Shown: positions 45,738 to 55,222 of the stretch, piece after piece
How positions within the stretch are numbered: position 1 is the first letter of the stretch
Layout: every line of letters starts with the position of its first letter
NCBI GenBank assembly: GCA_963849215.1
Contig: CAWKGR010000002.1
Span: 21,662 to 85,661 of the forward strand
Source of the DNA: an uncultured Solirubrobacterales bacterium
GTDB lineage: Bacteria > Actinomycetota > Thermoleophilia > Solirubrobacterales > Solirubrobacteraceae
Reading direction: 5' to 3'
Length of the DNA stretch: 64,000 nt
Made by a program: the position numbers and the translations under genes
Notes under the pieces: model-generated
What the model saw: the letters and a program-made list of their open reading frames with translations, nothing else
Database searches by the model: none
What the model was told of the DNA's origin: nothing

Positions 45738-47593
45738 CTGCTGCCGAGCACACGCACGATCTCAGCGACCGAGGTCAGGCCCTGGCGGACCTTCTCCAAG
45801 CCGTCGTCGCGCAGACGGCGCATTCCTTCGCGGACGGCAACGTCGCGAATCTCCTCGGCAGGGCGTCGTTCGAGCGCCAGCTGGCGGATCTCCGAGGAGA
45901 TCGTCATTACCTCGTAGATCCCGAGGCGGCCGCGGTAGCCGCTGCCATTGCAGCGACGGCAGCCGGAGGGCTCGTAGGCCTCCAGGTCCACGAGCGCCTT
46001 GTAGCCGTTCTCACGCAGCACCCCGGCGGGGACGATCGTGCGTTGCTTGCAGTTTGGGCACAGCATGCGGGCAAGCCGCTGGGCAAGCACACAGTCAAGC
46101 GCCGAGGCCACTAGGAATGGCTCGATCCCCATCTCGGTGAGCCGGCTGATCGCAGACGGCGCGTCGTTGGTGTGCAATGTGGACAGCACCAAATGGCCGG
46201 TAAGCGCAGACTCGACGGCGATCTGAGCGGTCTCGCGGTCGCGGATCTCTCCAACCATGATCACGTCGGGATCGGCGCGCACCATCGCGCGCAGGCCCGT
46301 GGCGAATGTGAGCCCAGACTTTGCCGAGACTTGCACCTGGGTGAGCCCCTCCATCTGATACTCCACCGGGTCCTCGACGGTGATGATGTTCTTCTCCGGG
46401 GTGTTGAGGGCGAGGAGCGCCGCGTATAGCGTCGTGGACTTGCCCGAGCCAGTGGGCCCTGTGACGAGCACCGCGCCGTGAGTTTCGTGGAAGGCGTGTT
46501 CGAAGCGCTCGCGCTCGGTGTCGGCCATGCCAAGCTTCTCTAGCTTCATCACGACCGAGTCCTTGTCGAGGATGCGCATCACAATCGACTCGCCGTGGAC
46601 GCTTGGGAGCGTGACCACGCGCAGGTCGATGTGGCGACCGTCGACTGTGAGGCTCACGCGACCGTCCTGGGGTAGGCGCCGCTCAGAGATGTCAAGCTCA
46701 GCCATGATCTTCACGCGCGATACGACCCCGGCGGCCATACGCCGCGGGACAGTTGTTATGTCCTGCAGGATGCCGTCGACGCGAACCCTGATGCGGACCT
46801 CATGACCGTCGGGCGCCATGTGCACGTCGGAGGCGCCGCGCTCGACGGCCTGGGCGACGATCTGGTTGACGAGCTTGACGACCGGGGCGTCGTCGGCGGT
46901 CTCGCGCAGGTTGACGATCTCGGCACTTGACTCCTCGCTCTCCTCGAGCGCGGCGCCATCGGATACGACATCATCCAGGCGGTCCATACGCGAGATGAGG
47001 TCGCGGATCGCGTCCGGGGAGGCGACTGCCACACGGACCTCATAGCCGGTCATGATCGCCACGTCATCGACCGCCAACACGTTGGAAGGGTCGGCCATCG
47101 CGAGTAGCAGCGTGCGCTTGTCGACAAACCCGACAGGCACCGCCTGGTAGCGCTTGGCGGCAGCGTTGACGACGAGGTTGGCGGCGCTCATCTCCACCGA
47201 GAACACATCGAGGTCCAGGTGGTCGAGGCCGTAGCGCTCCGCAAGAGCCCGTGCGAGCCCGTCGGGCGTAAGGGCTTTGCCGGCAAGCAGCACGCGCTCG
47301 GGCGTGGTGCCTTCGTTACGAGAGGATTCGATTGCGCGGTCGACCTGTTCGCGGGAGGCGAGTCCCATCTCGACGATCACATCGGTGAGAAAGCGCGAAG
47401 AGGAGCCGCGGCGGGATGGATGGGTGACACCTTGCGGGGACTCGGGCGCTACGACTTCACGAGTGTCGACCGACAGCTCGGAAGCGACTGTCTCGCGCTC
47501 GTCGCGCTCGACCTCGACGCTTACCTGCGGCTCGTGGTCTCCAAAGACGCTGTGTTGATCACGTAGGCCGCTCGGGGGGGTGTTCATCGCCAC
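45734..47593 (-). CDS. pilB: Type IV pilus assembly ATPase
   Basis: ERRLPQDG, GPTGSGKSTT, DPDVIMVGEIRD, tetra-Cys motif and GYRGR. Confidence 0.95.
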   Translation of the reverse strand: MAMNTPPSGLRDQHSVFGDHEPQVSVEVERDERETVASELSVDTREVVAPESPQGVTHPSRRGSSSRFLTDVIVEMGLASREQVDRAIESSRNEGTTPERVLLAGKALTPDGLARALAERYGLDHLDLDVFSVEMSAANLVVNAAAKRYQAVPVGFVDKRTLLLAMADPSNVLAVDDVAIMTGYEVRVAVASPDAIRDLISRMDRLDDVVSDGAALEESEESSAEIVNLRETADDAPVVKLVNQIVAQAVERGASDVHMAPDGHEVRIRVRVDGILQDITTVPRRMAAGVVSRVKIMAELDISERRLPQDGRVSLTVDGRHIDLRVVTLPSVHGESIVMRILDKDSVVMKLEKLGMADTERERFEHAFHETHGAVLVTGPTGSGKSTTLYAALLALNTPEKNIITVEDPVEYQMEGLTQVQVSAKSGLTFATGLRAMVRADPDVIMVGEIRDRETAQIAVESALTGHLVLSTLHTNDAPSAISRLTEMGIEPFLVASALDCVLAQRLARMLCPNCKQRTIVPAGVLRENGYKALVDLEAYEPSGCRRCNGSGYRGRLGIYEVMTISSEIRQLALERRPAEEIRDVAVREGMRRLRDDGLEKVRQGLTSVAEIVRVLGSS

Positions 47594-47620
47594 CGCCCTC
47601 GCGCGCGTGAACGTCGACGA

Positions 47621-48439
47621 TTAGGTCTCTTCGATGCCTGCTCCCTTACGCATGTCCGCGAGCGGCGCATGCTCCCCCGTCCATGACTGGAAGCTGAGCG
47701 CCCCCTGGGCGACGAGCACCTCAAGACCTTCCACAGCGATGACTCCTCGCGAACGTGCGGCGGCGAGCAACGGGGTGGGACCGTTGCTGTAGACCAGATC
47801 GATGACATAGGCATACCCACCGACGTGATCGGCCGTCATGCCGAGTTGGTTGAGCAAGTCGACGTCAGTGGCCGACCGTTGCAGTCCCACCGAGGTACAG
47901 TTGACCAACAGGTCGGCCAGAACGGGCTCACTGACCGCTCGCGCGCCAAGATCTCCGGCGAGCTCCACGGCCCTCTGAGGGGTGCGGTTCCACACCGACA
48001 CCTCGGCGGCGCCGGCGTCGAGCAGAGCCCAAACCGCCGCGCGCGCGCTGCCTCCGGCGCCGAGCACAAGCGCGCTCGGGTGGGCGGGCATCCCAGTCAA
48101 ACGTCCAAGCGCCGCGATCAGGCCTGGCGCGTCGGTGTTCTCAGCCGCGATCGCGCCGTCGGGGGCGAACGTGAGCATGTTGGCGGCTCCGATCGCCCGC
48201 GCGGCCTCGCTGGCGCTGTCGGCGAGCGCGAGCGCGGCATGCTTGTGGGGGATCGTCACATTGGCGCCCACAAAGCCGCTGGAGCCGAGTGCGCGCACGG
48301 TCTCCTCGAACAGCTCAGGCGGAAGTGGTAGGCGCTGATAGCTCCAGTCAGCAAGGCCACAGGCCGCGAACGCCGCCGCGAACATCGCGGGCGAGCGACT
48401 GTGAGCGACCGGCCAGCCGATGACGCCTAGCTTTGGCAC
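47621..48439 (-). CDS. aroE: Shikimate dehydrogenase
   Basis: HSRSP, NVTIPHK, NTD and GAGGSA motifs. Confidence 0.95.
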   Translation of the reverse strand: MPKLGVIGWPVAHSRSPAMFAAAFAACGLADWSYQRLPLPPELFEETVRALGSSGFVGANVTIPHKHAALALADSASEAARAIGAANMLTFAPDGAIAAENTDAPGLIAALGRLTGMPAHPSALVLGAGGSARAAVWALLDAGAAEVSVWNRTPQRAVELAGDLGARAVSEPVLADLLVNCTSVGLQRSATDVDLLNQLGMTADHVGGYAYVIDLVYSNGPTPLLAAARSRGVIAVEGLEVLVAQGALSFQSWTGEHAPLADMRKGAGIEET

Positions 48440-49539
48440 TAGCGCTTCTTACAGGTCGGGACGCGTCCGCCGTTGCGGCTCAACGCTTCACGGTAGGCAG
48501 CGGCGTTGCGTTCGAATTCGGCGTAGCCGGTGGAGAACACCAGCTCGCCGCAGCCGTCGGCGCCCGCCACGTAGTAGAGGTAGGAGACTTTGGCGGGGCG
48601 CGCGGCGGCCTCGATCGCGGCCGCGCCTGGATTGGAGATTGGGGTAGGCGGCAGACCGAGGTGAGTGCGGGTGTTGTAGGGCGAGTCGCTGTGCAGCTGG
48701 GCTTCGGTCAATGGCTTGGTGAAGTCGTTCAGCGCGTAGCGAAGTGTGGAGTCGACCCCGAGTGTCATGTGCAGACGCAGGCGGTTGTAGATGACGGCTG
48801 CCACCAGCGGACGGTCGTGGGCGGTGGCCGCCTCGCGTTCGATTATCGAGGCGAGGATCAGCAGCTGGTAGGGGGTCACCCTGAGCACCTTGGCGCGATG
48901 GATCTCCCCCCCGCCGAAGTTTTCCTTGAAGGCGGTGAGCTGCGCGGAGAGCAGCCGCGAGACGGATTCCCCGGCATAGACTTCATAGGTGGCGGGGAAC
49001 AGGAACCCTTCGAGGTTTGGGGTTCCCACAGGCGCCAGGTAATGCGCTGGGTTCAGTTCACCGGAGCGCTCAGATGCCACCAGATAGCTGCCCTTCAGCC
49101 CAGCGGCGCTGGCGCGGGCGGCGATCTGTGTGCGCGTGAACCCCTCCGGGATCACGATCTTCACGACCTTTGGTGGTGGAGGCGCTGGCGGGGGCTGGTT
49201 GGATGGCTTGAGCAACAGCACGCCCGCGGCTGCTACTACAGCGAGCGCCACGACGATGACTATCAGCGCTGGGATCCGCGCGATGCGCCTTCGCGGCGGG
49301 AGTGAAGGCGAGTCGTTGGATGGCCGTGACTGAACAGGTGGGGGCACTGGGGGTACCGCTTGCCGGACTGGGGGTACGGTTTGCAGGGGCGGTGGCAGCG
49401 GAGGCTCCGGCGGGCCTGACGAGGCTGAGGGAGCTGTGGGCGCCTTCGCGAGCCGGCGACGTTCGCGTTCTTCGCGAGCGCATTCGCGCTCCTGCTCGGT
49501 GCGCTCCCGCGCTGTGTCTGATCCGTTCTCGTCGGGCAA
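48439..49539 (-). CDS. mltG: Endolytic transglycosylase MltG
   Basis: IPEG, LEGFLFPATY, ASIIERE, SPYNT..GLPPTPISNPG motifs. Confidence 0.92.
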   Translation of the reverse strand: MPDENGSDTARERTEQERECAREERERRRLAKAPTAPSASSGPPEPPLPPPLQTVPPVRQAVPPVPPPVQSRPSNDSPSLPPRRRIARIPALIVIVVALAVVAAAGVLLLKPSNQPPPAPPPPKVVKIVIPEGFTRTQIAARASAAGLKGSYLVASERSGELNPAHYLAPVGTPNLEGFLFPATYEVYAGESVSRLLSAQLTAFKENFGGGEIHRAKVLRVTPYQLLILASIIEREAATAHDRPLVAAVIYNRLRLHMTLGVDSTLRYALNDFTKPLTEAQLHSDSPYNTRTHLGLPPTPISNPGAAAIEAAARPAKVSYLYYVAGADGCGELVFSTGYAEFERNAAAYREALSRNGGRVPTCKKR

Positions 49540-49549
49540 GCCGCTGACC

Positions 49550-49942
49550 CTACTGCGCTCGCGCTAGCCAGCTCTCCAGCAGGACGGCGGCCGCGCGCGA
49601 GTCCTCGCTGGTGCTCGCGTGCTCCATGCGCCCCGCGATGCGTGTGGTGAAGCGCTCGTCGTGCAGCTCCACAGGAGTGCCCTCGCCAAGCCGCGCGGAG
49701 AGGGTCGCGGCGAACTCGCGCGTCTCACGCGTCTGCTCCGTGTCCTCGCCGCGCAGAGAGAGCGGCAGCCCAACCACCACACACTCGACCTCGCGCTCAG
49801 CGACAAGCCGCACGATCGCGGTGAGCCCCCTGCGTCCGGCGACGCCCTCGATCGCGGCGATCGGCGTGACAATCGTGCCTGTGGGGTCGCTCAACGCGCA
49901 GCCGCAGCGCGCGCTGCCATAGTCGAGCGCCAGCACCCTCAT
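49550..49942 (-). CDS. ruvX: YqgF/RuvX family nuclease
   Basis: LALDYG, VVGLP and DERFTT motifs; follows alaS. Confidence 0.95.
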   Translation of the reverse strand: MRVLALDYGSARCGCALSDPTGTIVTPIAAIEGVAGRRGLTAIVRLVAEREVECVVVGLPLSLRGEDTEQTRETREFAATLSARLGEGTPVELHDERFTTRIAGRMEHASTSEDSRAAAVLLESWLARAQ

Positions 49943-52668
49943 TGGCCGCCGAGCGCGCTCCCAACGGCAGCCTTGGCGGTCTGGAGAGCATCCTCCAGCT
50001 TCTCCGGATGCCGGCCACCGGCCTGGGCCATTGTGTCGCGCCCCCCGCCGCCTCCACCGACGACCTGCGCCGCGGCCTTGACTATCTCTCCCGCCTTCAC
50101 CCCGCGCCGCACGAACGCGGGCGCGACACTCACCACGAGCGAGGCGCGACCGTCGAGTGCCGCGCCGAGTATGACGACGCCGTCGCCGGGCAGCTTGCCT
50201 TTCAGGCGATCGGCTATTTCAGGGAGCGCCTTGGCGTCTGGCACATTGACCTGGGCGGCCACAAGCACCCCGCCGTCGATCGGCTCGGCGCCAGCGAGAA
50301 GTAGATCGAAGTCGATCGCCGCACCCGCACTGGTGCCTTCGCGCGCGACCTTCTGCAGCTTCTTGCGCTCGCCCTCACGCTCACTCACCAGCTCAGAGAC
50401 CTTCTCGGCGCTGGTGCGCAGCGTGGCCGCCGTCGCCTCGAGCTCACGATCGTGCGCACGCAGCAGCTCCACCGCGCCCGGACCCGTGAGCGCCTCGATG
50501 CGTCTCACGTTGGCGGCACTCGATGTCTCGCTGAGCACGCGGAACACACCGATCTCCGAGGTATTGGCGACGTGGGTGCCACCACACAGCTCGCGCGAGT
50601 AATCGCCCTCGCCGATCTCGACCATGCGCACCACCTCGCCGTACTTCTCCCCGAACAGGGCCATCGCCCCAAGACGCTTGGCCTCATCCAGTGTCGTGGT
50701 GATCGGGTGCACCGGATCGGCGCGGGCGATCCACGCATTGACCTGATCCTCAACGTCGCGCAGCTCCTCTGCGCTGAGCGCGGAGCCGTGGCTGAAGTCG
50801 AAGCGCAGCTTGTCGGGACCGACATAGGAGCCAGCCTGACGCACGTGCGCGCCCAGGCGCGCACGCAGCGCGGCATGCAGCAGGTGGGTGGCGGTGTGGT
50901 TGCACTGCGTGGCGTGCCGGGCGGCGTGATCCACGCGCGCCAGCACCGGCTCCTCTGGCTGCAGCGTGCCGCGCTCCACCACGACTTCGAGTGCCTGGTC
51001 GTCGCCGAGGCGGAACACTCCCTCAACGCGCGCCAGACAGTCTCCGTGCTCACACTCGATCGTGCCGGTGTCTGAGACCTGCCCCCCGCCCGCGGCGTAG
51101 AAGGGCGAATCGGCGAGCTTGACGAGCAGACGGGAACCGCTTGCGTTGTTGCGAGTCGACTCGCTTGAGCCACTCGACTCCACGGCGCCATTGCCCGTCG
51201 TGTCCGCGGCGGCATCCTCGACGGCAAGCGCCGCGATGTTCGTCGGTTGGCGCTCGGTCTCATAACCAGTGAACCGAGTGGGGGCACCGGCATGCTCGGC
51301 GAACCGACGGGCGCGCTCGCGCGGGTTCTCTCCACCGGCGCTCGTGCCGCTCGCGGCGCGCGCACGCGCGCGCTGAGCGTCCATCAGCCGCTCGAACCCG
51401 GCCTCATCCACACGCAGACCCTCCTCGGCGAGCAGCTCGCTCGTAAGCTCGAACGGGAAGCCGAACGTGTCGTGCAACTTGAAAGCGTCCTCTGCCTGCA
51501 CGGAGTCCTGGCCCTTTTCGCGCGCGTGGTCGATATGGAAGCGCAGCACCCCCATCCCCTGCTCCAGGGTGCGCCCAAAGCTCTCCTCCTCAGAGGAGAG
51601 CCACTTGTCGATCGCCGCACGCTGCTCAGCAAGCTCAGGGTAGACGCCTCCCATCAGCTGCTCCACCACCTCGGCGTAGCGCCGGAGGAAACCGGGATCC
51701 ATGTCGAGTCCACGCCCCTGCTGGATCGCACGGCGCATTACGCGGCGCAGCACGTAGCCACGCTCTTCATTGGAGGGCACGACTCCGTCGGCAACCAGGA
51801 AGGTCATCGCACGGGTGTGATCGGCGAGGATCCTCAGGGCCCGATCGGTCTTGAAGTCCTGGCCGTAGTCGCGCCCCGACAGCCGCTCGCCAAGCTCGAT
51901 CAGCGGCTGGAACTGGTCGGTATCGAACACCGAACGCTTGTCTTGCAGGATCGCGGCCATCCGGTTCAGCCCAAGACCGGTGTCGATGTTACGCGCCGGC
52001 AACTCTGAGAGTGTGTTGGTCGGCTCCTGGTTGTACTGCATGAACACGAGGTTCCAGTACTCCAGGAAGCGTTCGTTCTCACCGCCGGGCAAGTCGTCGG
52101 GCTCGCCGATGTGCGCGCCGCGGTCGACGTACAGCTCAGAGCACGGCCCACAGGGCCCCGTGGGGCCAGCCTGCCAGAAGTTCTCTGAGCGTGGGCAACG
52201 CACGATCCGCTCGCTGGGGACACCCACCTCGCGCCACAGCGCGATCGCCTCCTCATCGGGTCCAAGGCCCAGCTGCTCATCGCCCTCGAACACGGTCACC
52301 CAGATGTCGGCGGGCGAGAAACCGAACACCTCCAGCGACAGCTCCCACGCGAAAGAGATCGCCTCCGCCTTGAAGTAGTCGCCGATTGAGAAGTTGCCGA
52401 GCATCTCAAAGAAGGTGAGATGGCGGTTGGTGTTGCCGACGTTGTCGATGTCGACCGTGCGAAAGCACTTCTGAGCACTCGTCAGCCGTAGCGCGGGAGG
52501 CGCCTCCTGCCCCAGGAAGTAGGGCTTCAGCGGGTGCATCCCAGCGACCGTCAGCAAGGCTGAGGGATCGTGCGAGGATGGCACCAGCGAGGCGGAGGGT
52601 ATGCGTCGGTGGCCGCGCTCCTCGAAGAACGCCAGGTACCGCTCACGGATCTCATCGGTTGTCATCAT
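49939..52668 (-). CDS. alaS: Alanine-tRNA ligase
   Basis: HLTFFEMLGNFS, GPCGPCSE, NHTATHLL and ELCGGTH motifs. Confidence 0.97.
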   Translation of the reverse strand: MMTTDEIRERYLAFFEERGHRRIPSASLVPSSHDPSALLTVAGMHPLKPYFLGQEAPPALRLTSAQKCFRTVDIDNVGNTNRHLTFFEMLGNFSIGDYFKAEAISFAWELSLEVFGFSPADIWVTVFEGDEQLGLGPDEEAIALWREVGVPSERIVRCPRSENFWQAGPTGPCGPCSELYVDRGAHIGEPDDLPGGENERFLEYWNLVFMQYNQEPTNTLSELPARNIDTGLGLNRMAAILQDKRSVFDTDQFQPLIELGERLSGRDYGQDFKTDRALRILADHTRAMTFLVADGVVPSNEERGYVLRRVMRRAIQQGRGLDMDPGFLRRYAEVVEQLMGGVYPELAEQRAAIDKWLSSEEESFGRTLEQGMGVLRFHIDHAREKGQDSVQAEDAFKLHDTFGFPFELTSELLAEEGLRVDEAGFERLMDAQRARARAASGTSAGGENPRERARRFAEHAGAPTRFTGYETERQPTNIAALAVEDAAADTTGNGAVESSGSSESTRNNASGSRLLVKLADSPFYAAGGGQVSDTGTIECEHGDCLARVEGVFRLGDDQALEVVVERGTLQPEEPVLARVDHAARHATQCNHTATHLLHAALRARLGAHVRQAGSYVGPDKLRFDFSHGSALSAEELRDVEDQVNAWIARADPVHPITTTLDEAKRLGAMALFGEKYGEVVRMVEIGEGDYSRELCGGTHVANTSEIGVFRVLSETSSAANVRRIEALTGPGAVELLRAHDRELEATAATLRTSAEKVSELVSEREGERKKLQKVAREGTSAGAAIDFDLLLAGAEPIDGGVLVAAQVNVPDAKALPEIADRLKGKLPGDGVVILGAALDGRASLVVSVAPAFVRRGVKAGEIVKAAAQVVGGGGGGRDTMAQAGGRHPEKLEDALQTAKAAVGSALGGQ

Positions 52669-52748
52669 TTTTTGGATAGGTGGTCGTTCTTCCTCAAGCC
52701 AGCTCGCCGTGTGGGAGTCCCGAATCCCCGACGAGTTGCTTGATGATC

Positions 52749-54272
52749 CTAGAGGGCGACGGGCGCGGCGATAGTGCCGTGGCCGACGATCAGCTCACCG
52801 GAGTACAGGCAGGCGATCTGTCCGGGGGCGGTGCGCTCGATCTGACCGACCATCCGCACCTCCACCCGCTCGTGCGTGCCGGCCGGCGGCGAGCCCTCGA
52901 GGCTGCAGGGCATTCGCCGGCCGCGATAGCGCACCTTCACGCCGTCGACACGCGCCCCGTCGCGATGCAGTGTTACGTCGCGCACACTCACACCGGCAGT
53001 GCGCAGCTGCTCGCGCGGACCGACTGTGACCGTGCCCGTGCGGGCGTTCGTCTCGATCACATACAACGGCTTTCCTCCCCCAATCCCGAGGCCGTGGCGC
53101 TGACCAACGGTCACGGTGTGAACGCCGCCGTGCTCGCCGAGCTTGCGTCCTTCGCGATCGACGATCGGGCCGGCCCGTCTGGTGAGACCTCCGTGGCGCG
53201 CGAGGAAGTCGGCGCTCTTCGTTCCCGCAAGGAAGCACAGGTCCTGTGAGTCGGGCCGGCGCGCTACCTCAAGCCCTGCCTGTGCTGCCAGCTCGCGCAC
53301 TTCAGGCTTGGTGAGCCCTCCCAGAGGAAAGCGCAAACGCGCAAGCGAGCGCGGTGAGAGCGCGGTGAGCGCGTAGCTCTGGTCCTTGCTCTCATCGACC
53401 GCCATCTGCAACAGCGGATCGTCCTTGCCGGACACGCGCGCGTAGTGGCCTGTCGCGAGCGTGTGTGCTCCGAGGCGCTCGGACAGATCGAGCATCGCGT
53501 CGAGACGCACGTTGCCGTTGCAGCGCACGCATGGGTTGGGCGTGAGACCGGCCGCGTGATCCTCAAGCCAACCATCGACCACACCGGCCCTGAACTCGGC
53601 GCGCAGGTCGATCGAGAAGTGCGCAAGACCCATCGTGTGAGCGATCTCTCGCGCTGAGCGCACGGCCTGCGCCGAGCAACAGCTGCGCTCGCCGTCGTTC
53701 TCGGGGTCGGCCCACAACTCGAGCGTGACAGCCACCGTGTCGAAGTCGACTGCACCTGTGTGAGTGGGGGTCTCCTTCTCGGAGCCCCCCAACGCGGGCT
53801 CACCGCGGCTTTCACGGACGAGCATCGCCGCTACGGCGCTGTCGACCCCGCCACTCATCGCAACCAGCGTGCGCGATGCCACGGGTGCTAGCGCGGCGTG
53901 CTCGCGCGCGGCCCACCCGAGCGCCCTGTGCAGCGCGTCGGCTGCCAGCTCGGCGGCGTGACGCTTAGCCGCGCTCAAGCCACCGAGCTCCTCGGCGATG
54001 TCGACCACGCCGACGCGCGCGGCCTCCAGCAGGCTGCGGCCACGTACGAGCCCAATAACAGCGCTGCCCGCCGCGATCGTCGCCCCGCAGCCGCTCGCGT
54101 CGAATCCGCCGTCCACGATCCGCCCGTCGTGGTCGAGCGGATCGACCGCCACCGACACCCGGATCAGATCGCCGCAGGCCGCTCCACCCGCCGCACCGGT
54201 GCTGGCGCCGGATGGCATGTGCCCTCGCCCGACGGGCCGTTCCAAATGGTTGGCGAGCATCTGTGCACTCAT
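52749..54272 (-). CDS. mnmA: tRNA 2-thiouridylase MnmA with a fused N-terminal IscU/NifU-like domain
   Basis: ACGD and GC motifs in the first ~120 aa; then AMSGGVDS, TPNPCVRCN, ATGHY, KDQSY and DSQDLCF. Confidence 0.93.
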   Translation of the reverse strand: MSAQMLANHLERPVGRGHMPSGASTGAAGGAACGDLIRVSVAVDPLDHDGRIVDGGFDASGCGATIAAGSAVIGLVRGRSLLEAARVGVVDIAEELGGLSAAKRHAAELAADALHRALGWAAREHAALAPVASRTLVAMSGGVDSAVAAMLVRESRGEPALGGSEKETPTHTGAVDFDTVAVTLELWADPENDGERSCCSAQAVRSAREIAHTMGLAHFSIDLRAEFRAGVVDGWLEDHAAGLTPNPCVRCNGNVRLDAMLDLSERLGAHTLATGHYARVSGKDDPLLQMAVDESKDQSYALTALSPRSLARLRFPLGGLTKPEVRELAAQAGLEVARRPDSQDLCFLAGTKSADFLARHGGLTRRAGPIVDREGRKLGEHGGVHTVTVGQRHGLGIGGGKPLYVIETNARTGTVTVGPREQLRTAGVSVRDVTLHRDGARVDGVKVRYRGRRMPCSLEGSPPAGTHERVEVRMVGQIERTAPGQIACLYSGELIVGHGTIAAPVAL

Positions 54273-54381
54273 CGCCTATCGAGTGTAAGCGGCTGCCGCG
54301 ATGGTCAGTCGCCCGAGCCCGCTGCCGGTCACCGCCGTTTGCGAGGCGTCGGCAACGTGGCCGGGGATCTCCGCGGATGAT

Positions 54382-55182
54382 CTAATGGGCGGCGTGCTGA
54401 GCTTCAGCCACTGCCTGCTGAAGCGCGAACACATCGGTGAGCCCGGTGAGCGTGCTCACCACACCGTGACGGTTGACGATCAGGATCGTCGGGGTCTGGT
54501 AGACGTGCACGACTTCGGTGATCGATCCGAACAGCCCAACCTGGTTGGCCTGCGCCGAATGTAGTGTGACCGTCCCTTTTGAGCCGCTCGCGAGCGCTCG
54601 GGCCTGCGCCTGCACCTCGCGATCCACGGACGTCTTGGGATTCCAGAAGACAAGCATCACTGTCTTCCCTTGGGCCAACTCGTGTTCGACGACGGACTGC
54701 TCGGGAGCGTGCTTGCTCGTGGGGGGAGCGGTATCGCCATTTGTGTGCACCGTCGTCCTGTGCGAGGAGGAAGCCGTCTTGTGCACCACCACGACGGTCT
54801 TGTGTGCACCTGTCTTGTGCGTAGCCACGGTCGTTGTATGAACCTGTGAAGTCGTCTTGTGCGTGACCACGGTTGTCTTGTGCGTGGCCGCAGTTGTCGT
54901 CTGAACCTGTGACGTTGTCTTGTGCGTGACCACCACCTGCTTCTGTGAGCGCGGGTCCGCCTTGTGGACCGTCACCTTGTGCACAGTGGTGGTGGAACCG
55001 CCCGGCCCGTGTGCGGCGGCGCTCTTCGTCACCTTCGGGGCGGCGGTACTCAATGTTGGCGCGCTCCGAGGCGCCGGTTCGCTCGGATTCGAGCCGTTGA
55101 TGCGCAGCGCGATGACACCAAGGAGACCAAGCAGCAGGACTGCGCCGAGGGCGATCTGGAAGGGGCGGGAAAGCTGAGCCAT
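54382..55182 (-). CDS. Membrane-anchored protein with HKT repeats and a C-terminal thioredoxin-like fold lacking CxxC
   Basis: N-terminal TM, repeated (V/T)HKT linker, 'MLVFWNP...VYQTPTILIVN'. Confidence 0.75.
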   Translation of the reverse strand: MAQLSRPFQIALGAVLLLGLLGVIALRINGSNPSEPAPRSAPTLSTAAPKVTKSAAAHGPGGSTTTVHKVTVHKADPRSQKQVVVTHKTTSQVQTTTAATHKTTVVTHKTTSQVHTTTVATHKTGAHKTVVVVHKTASSSHRTTVHTNGDTAPPTSKHAPEQSVVEHELAQGKTVMLVFWNPKTSVDREVQAQARALASGSKGTVTLHSAQANQVGLFGSITEVVHVYQTPTILIVNRHGVVSTLTGLTDVFALQQAVAEAQHAAH

Positions 55183-55192
55183 CACCCCCCAC

Positions 55193-55218
55193 TTCGGCAG
55201 ATTTGGCCGCCGAGTTGA
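55193..55218 (-). promoter_or_regulatory. sigma28/WhiG-type promoter (TCAAC-N15-GCCGAA)
   Basis: Fills most of the 40-bp gap between hisS and the HKT-repeat gene. Confidence 0.65.
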
Positions 55219-55222
55219 ACGT

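Noticed and set aside
47594-47650. Possible sigma28-type promoter for pilB
   Set aside because: A GTCGAC is present but there is no matching -35 box at 15-bp spacing.
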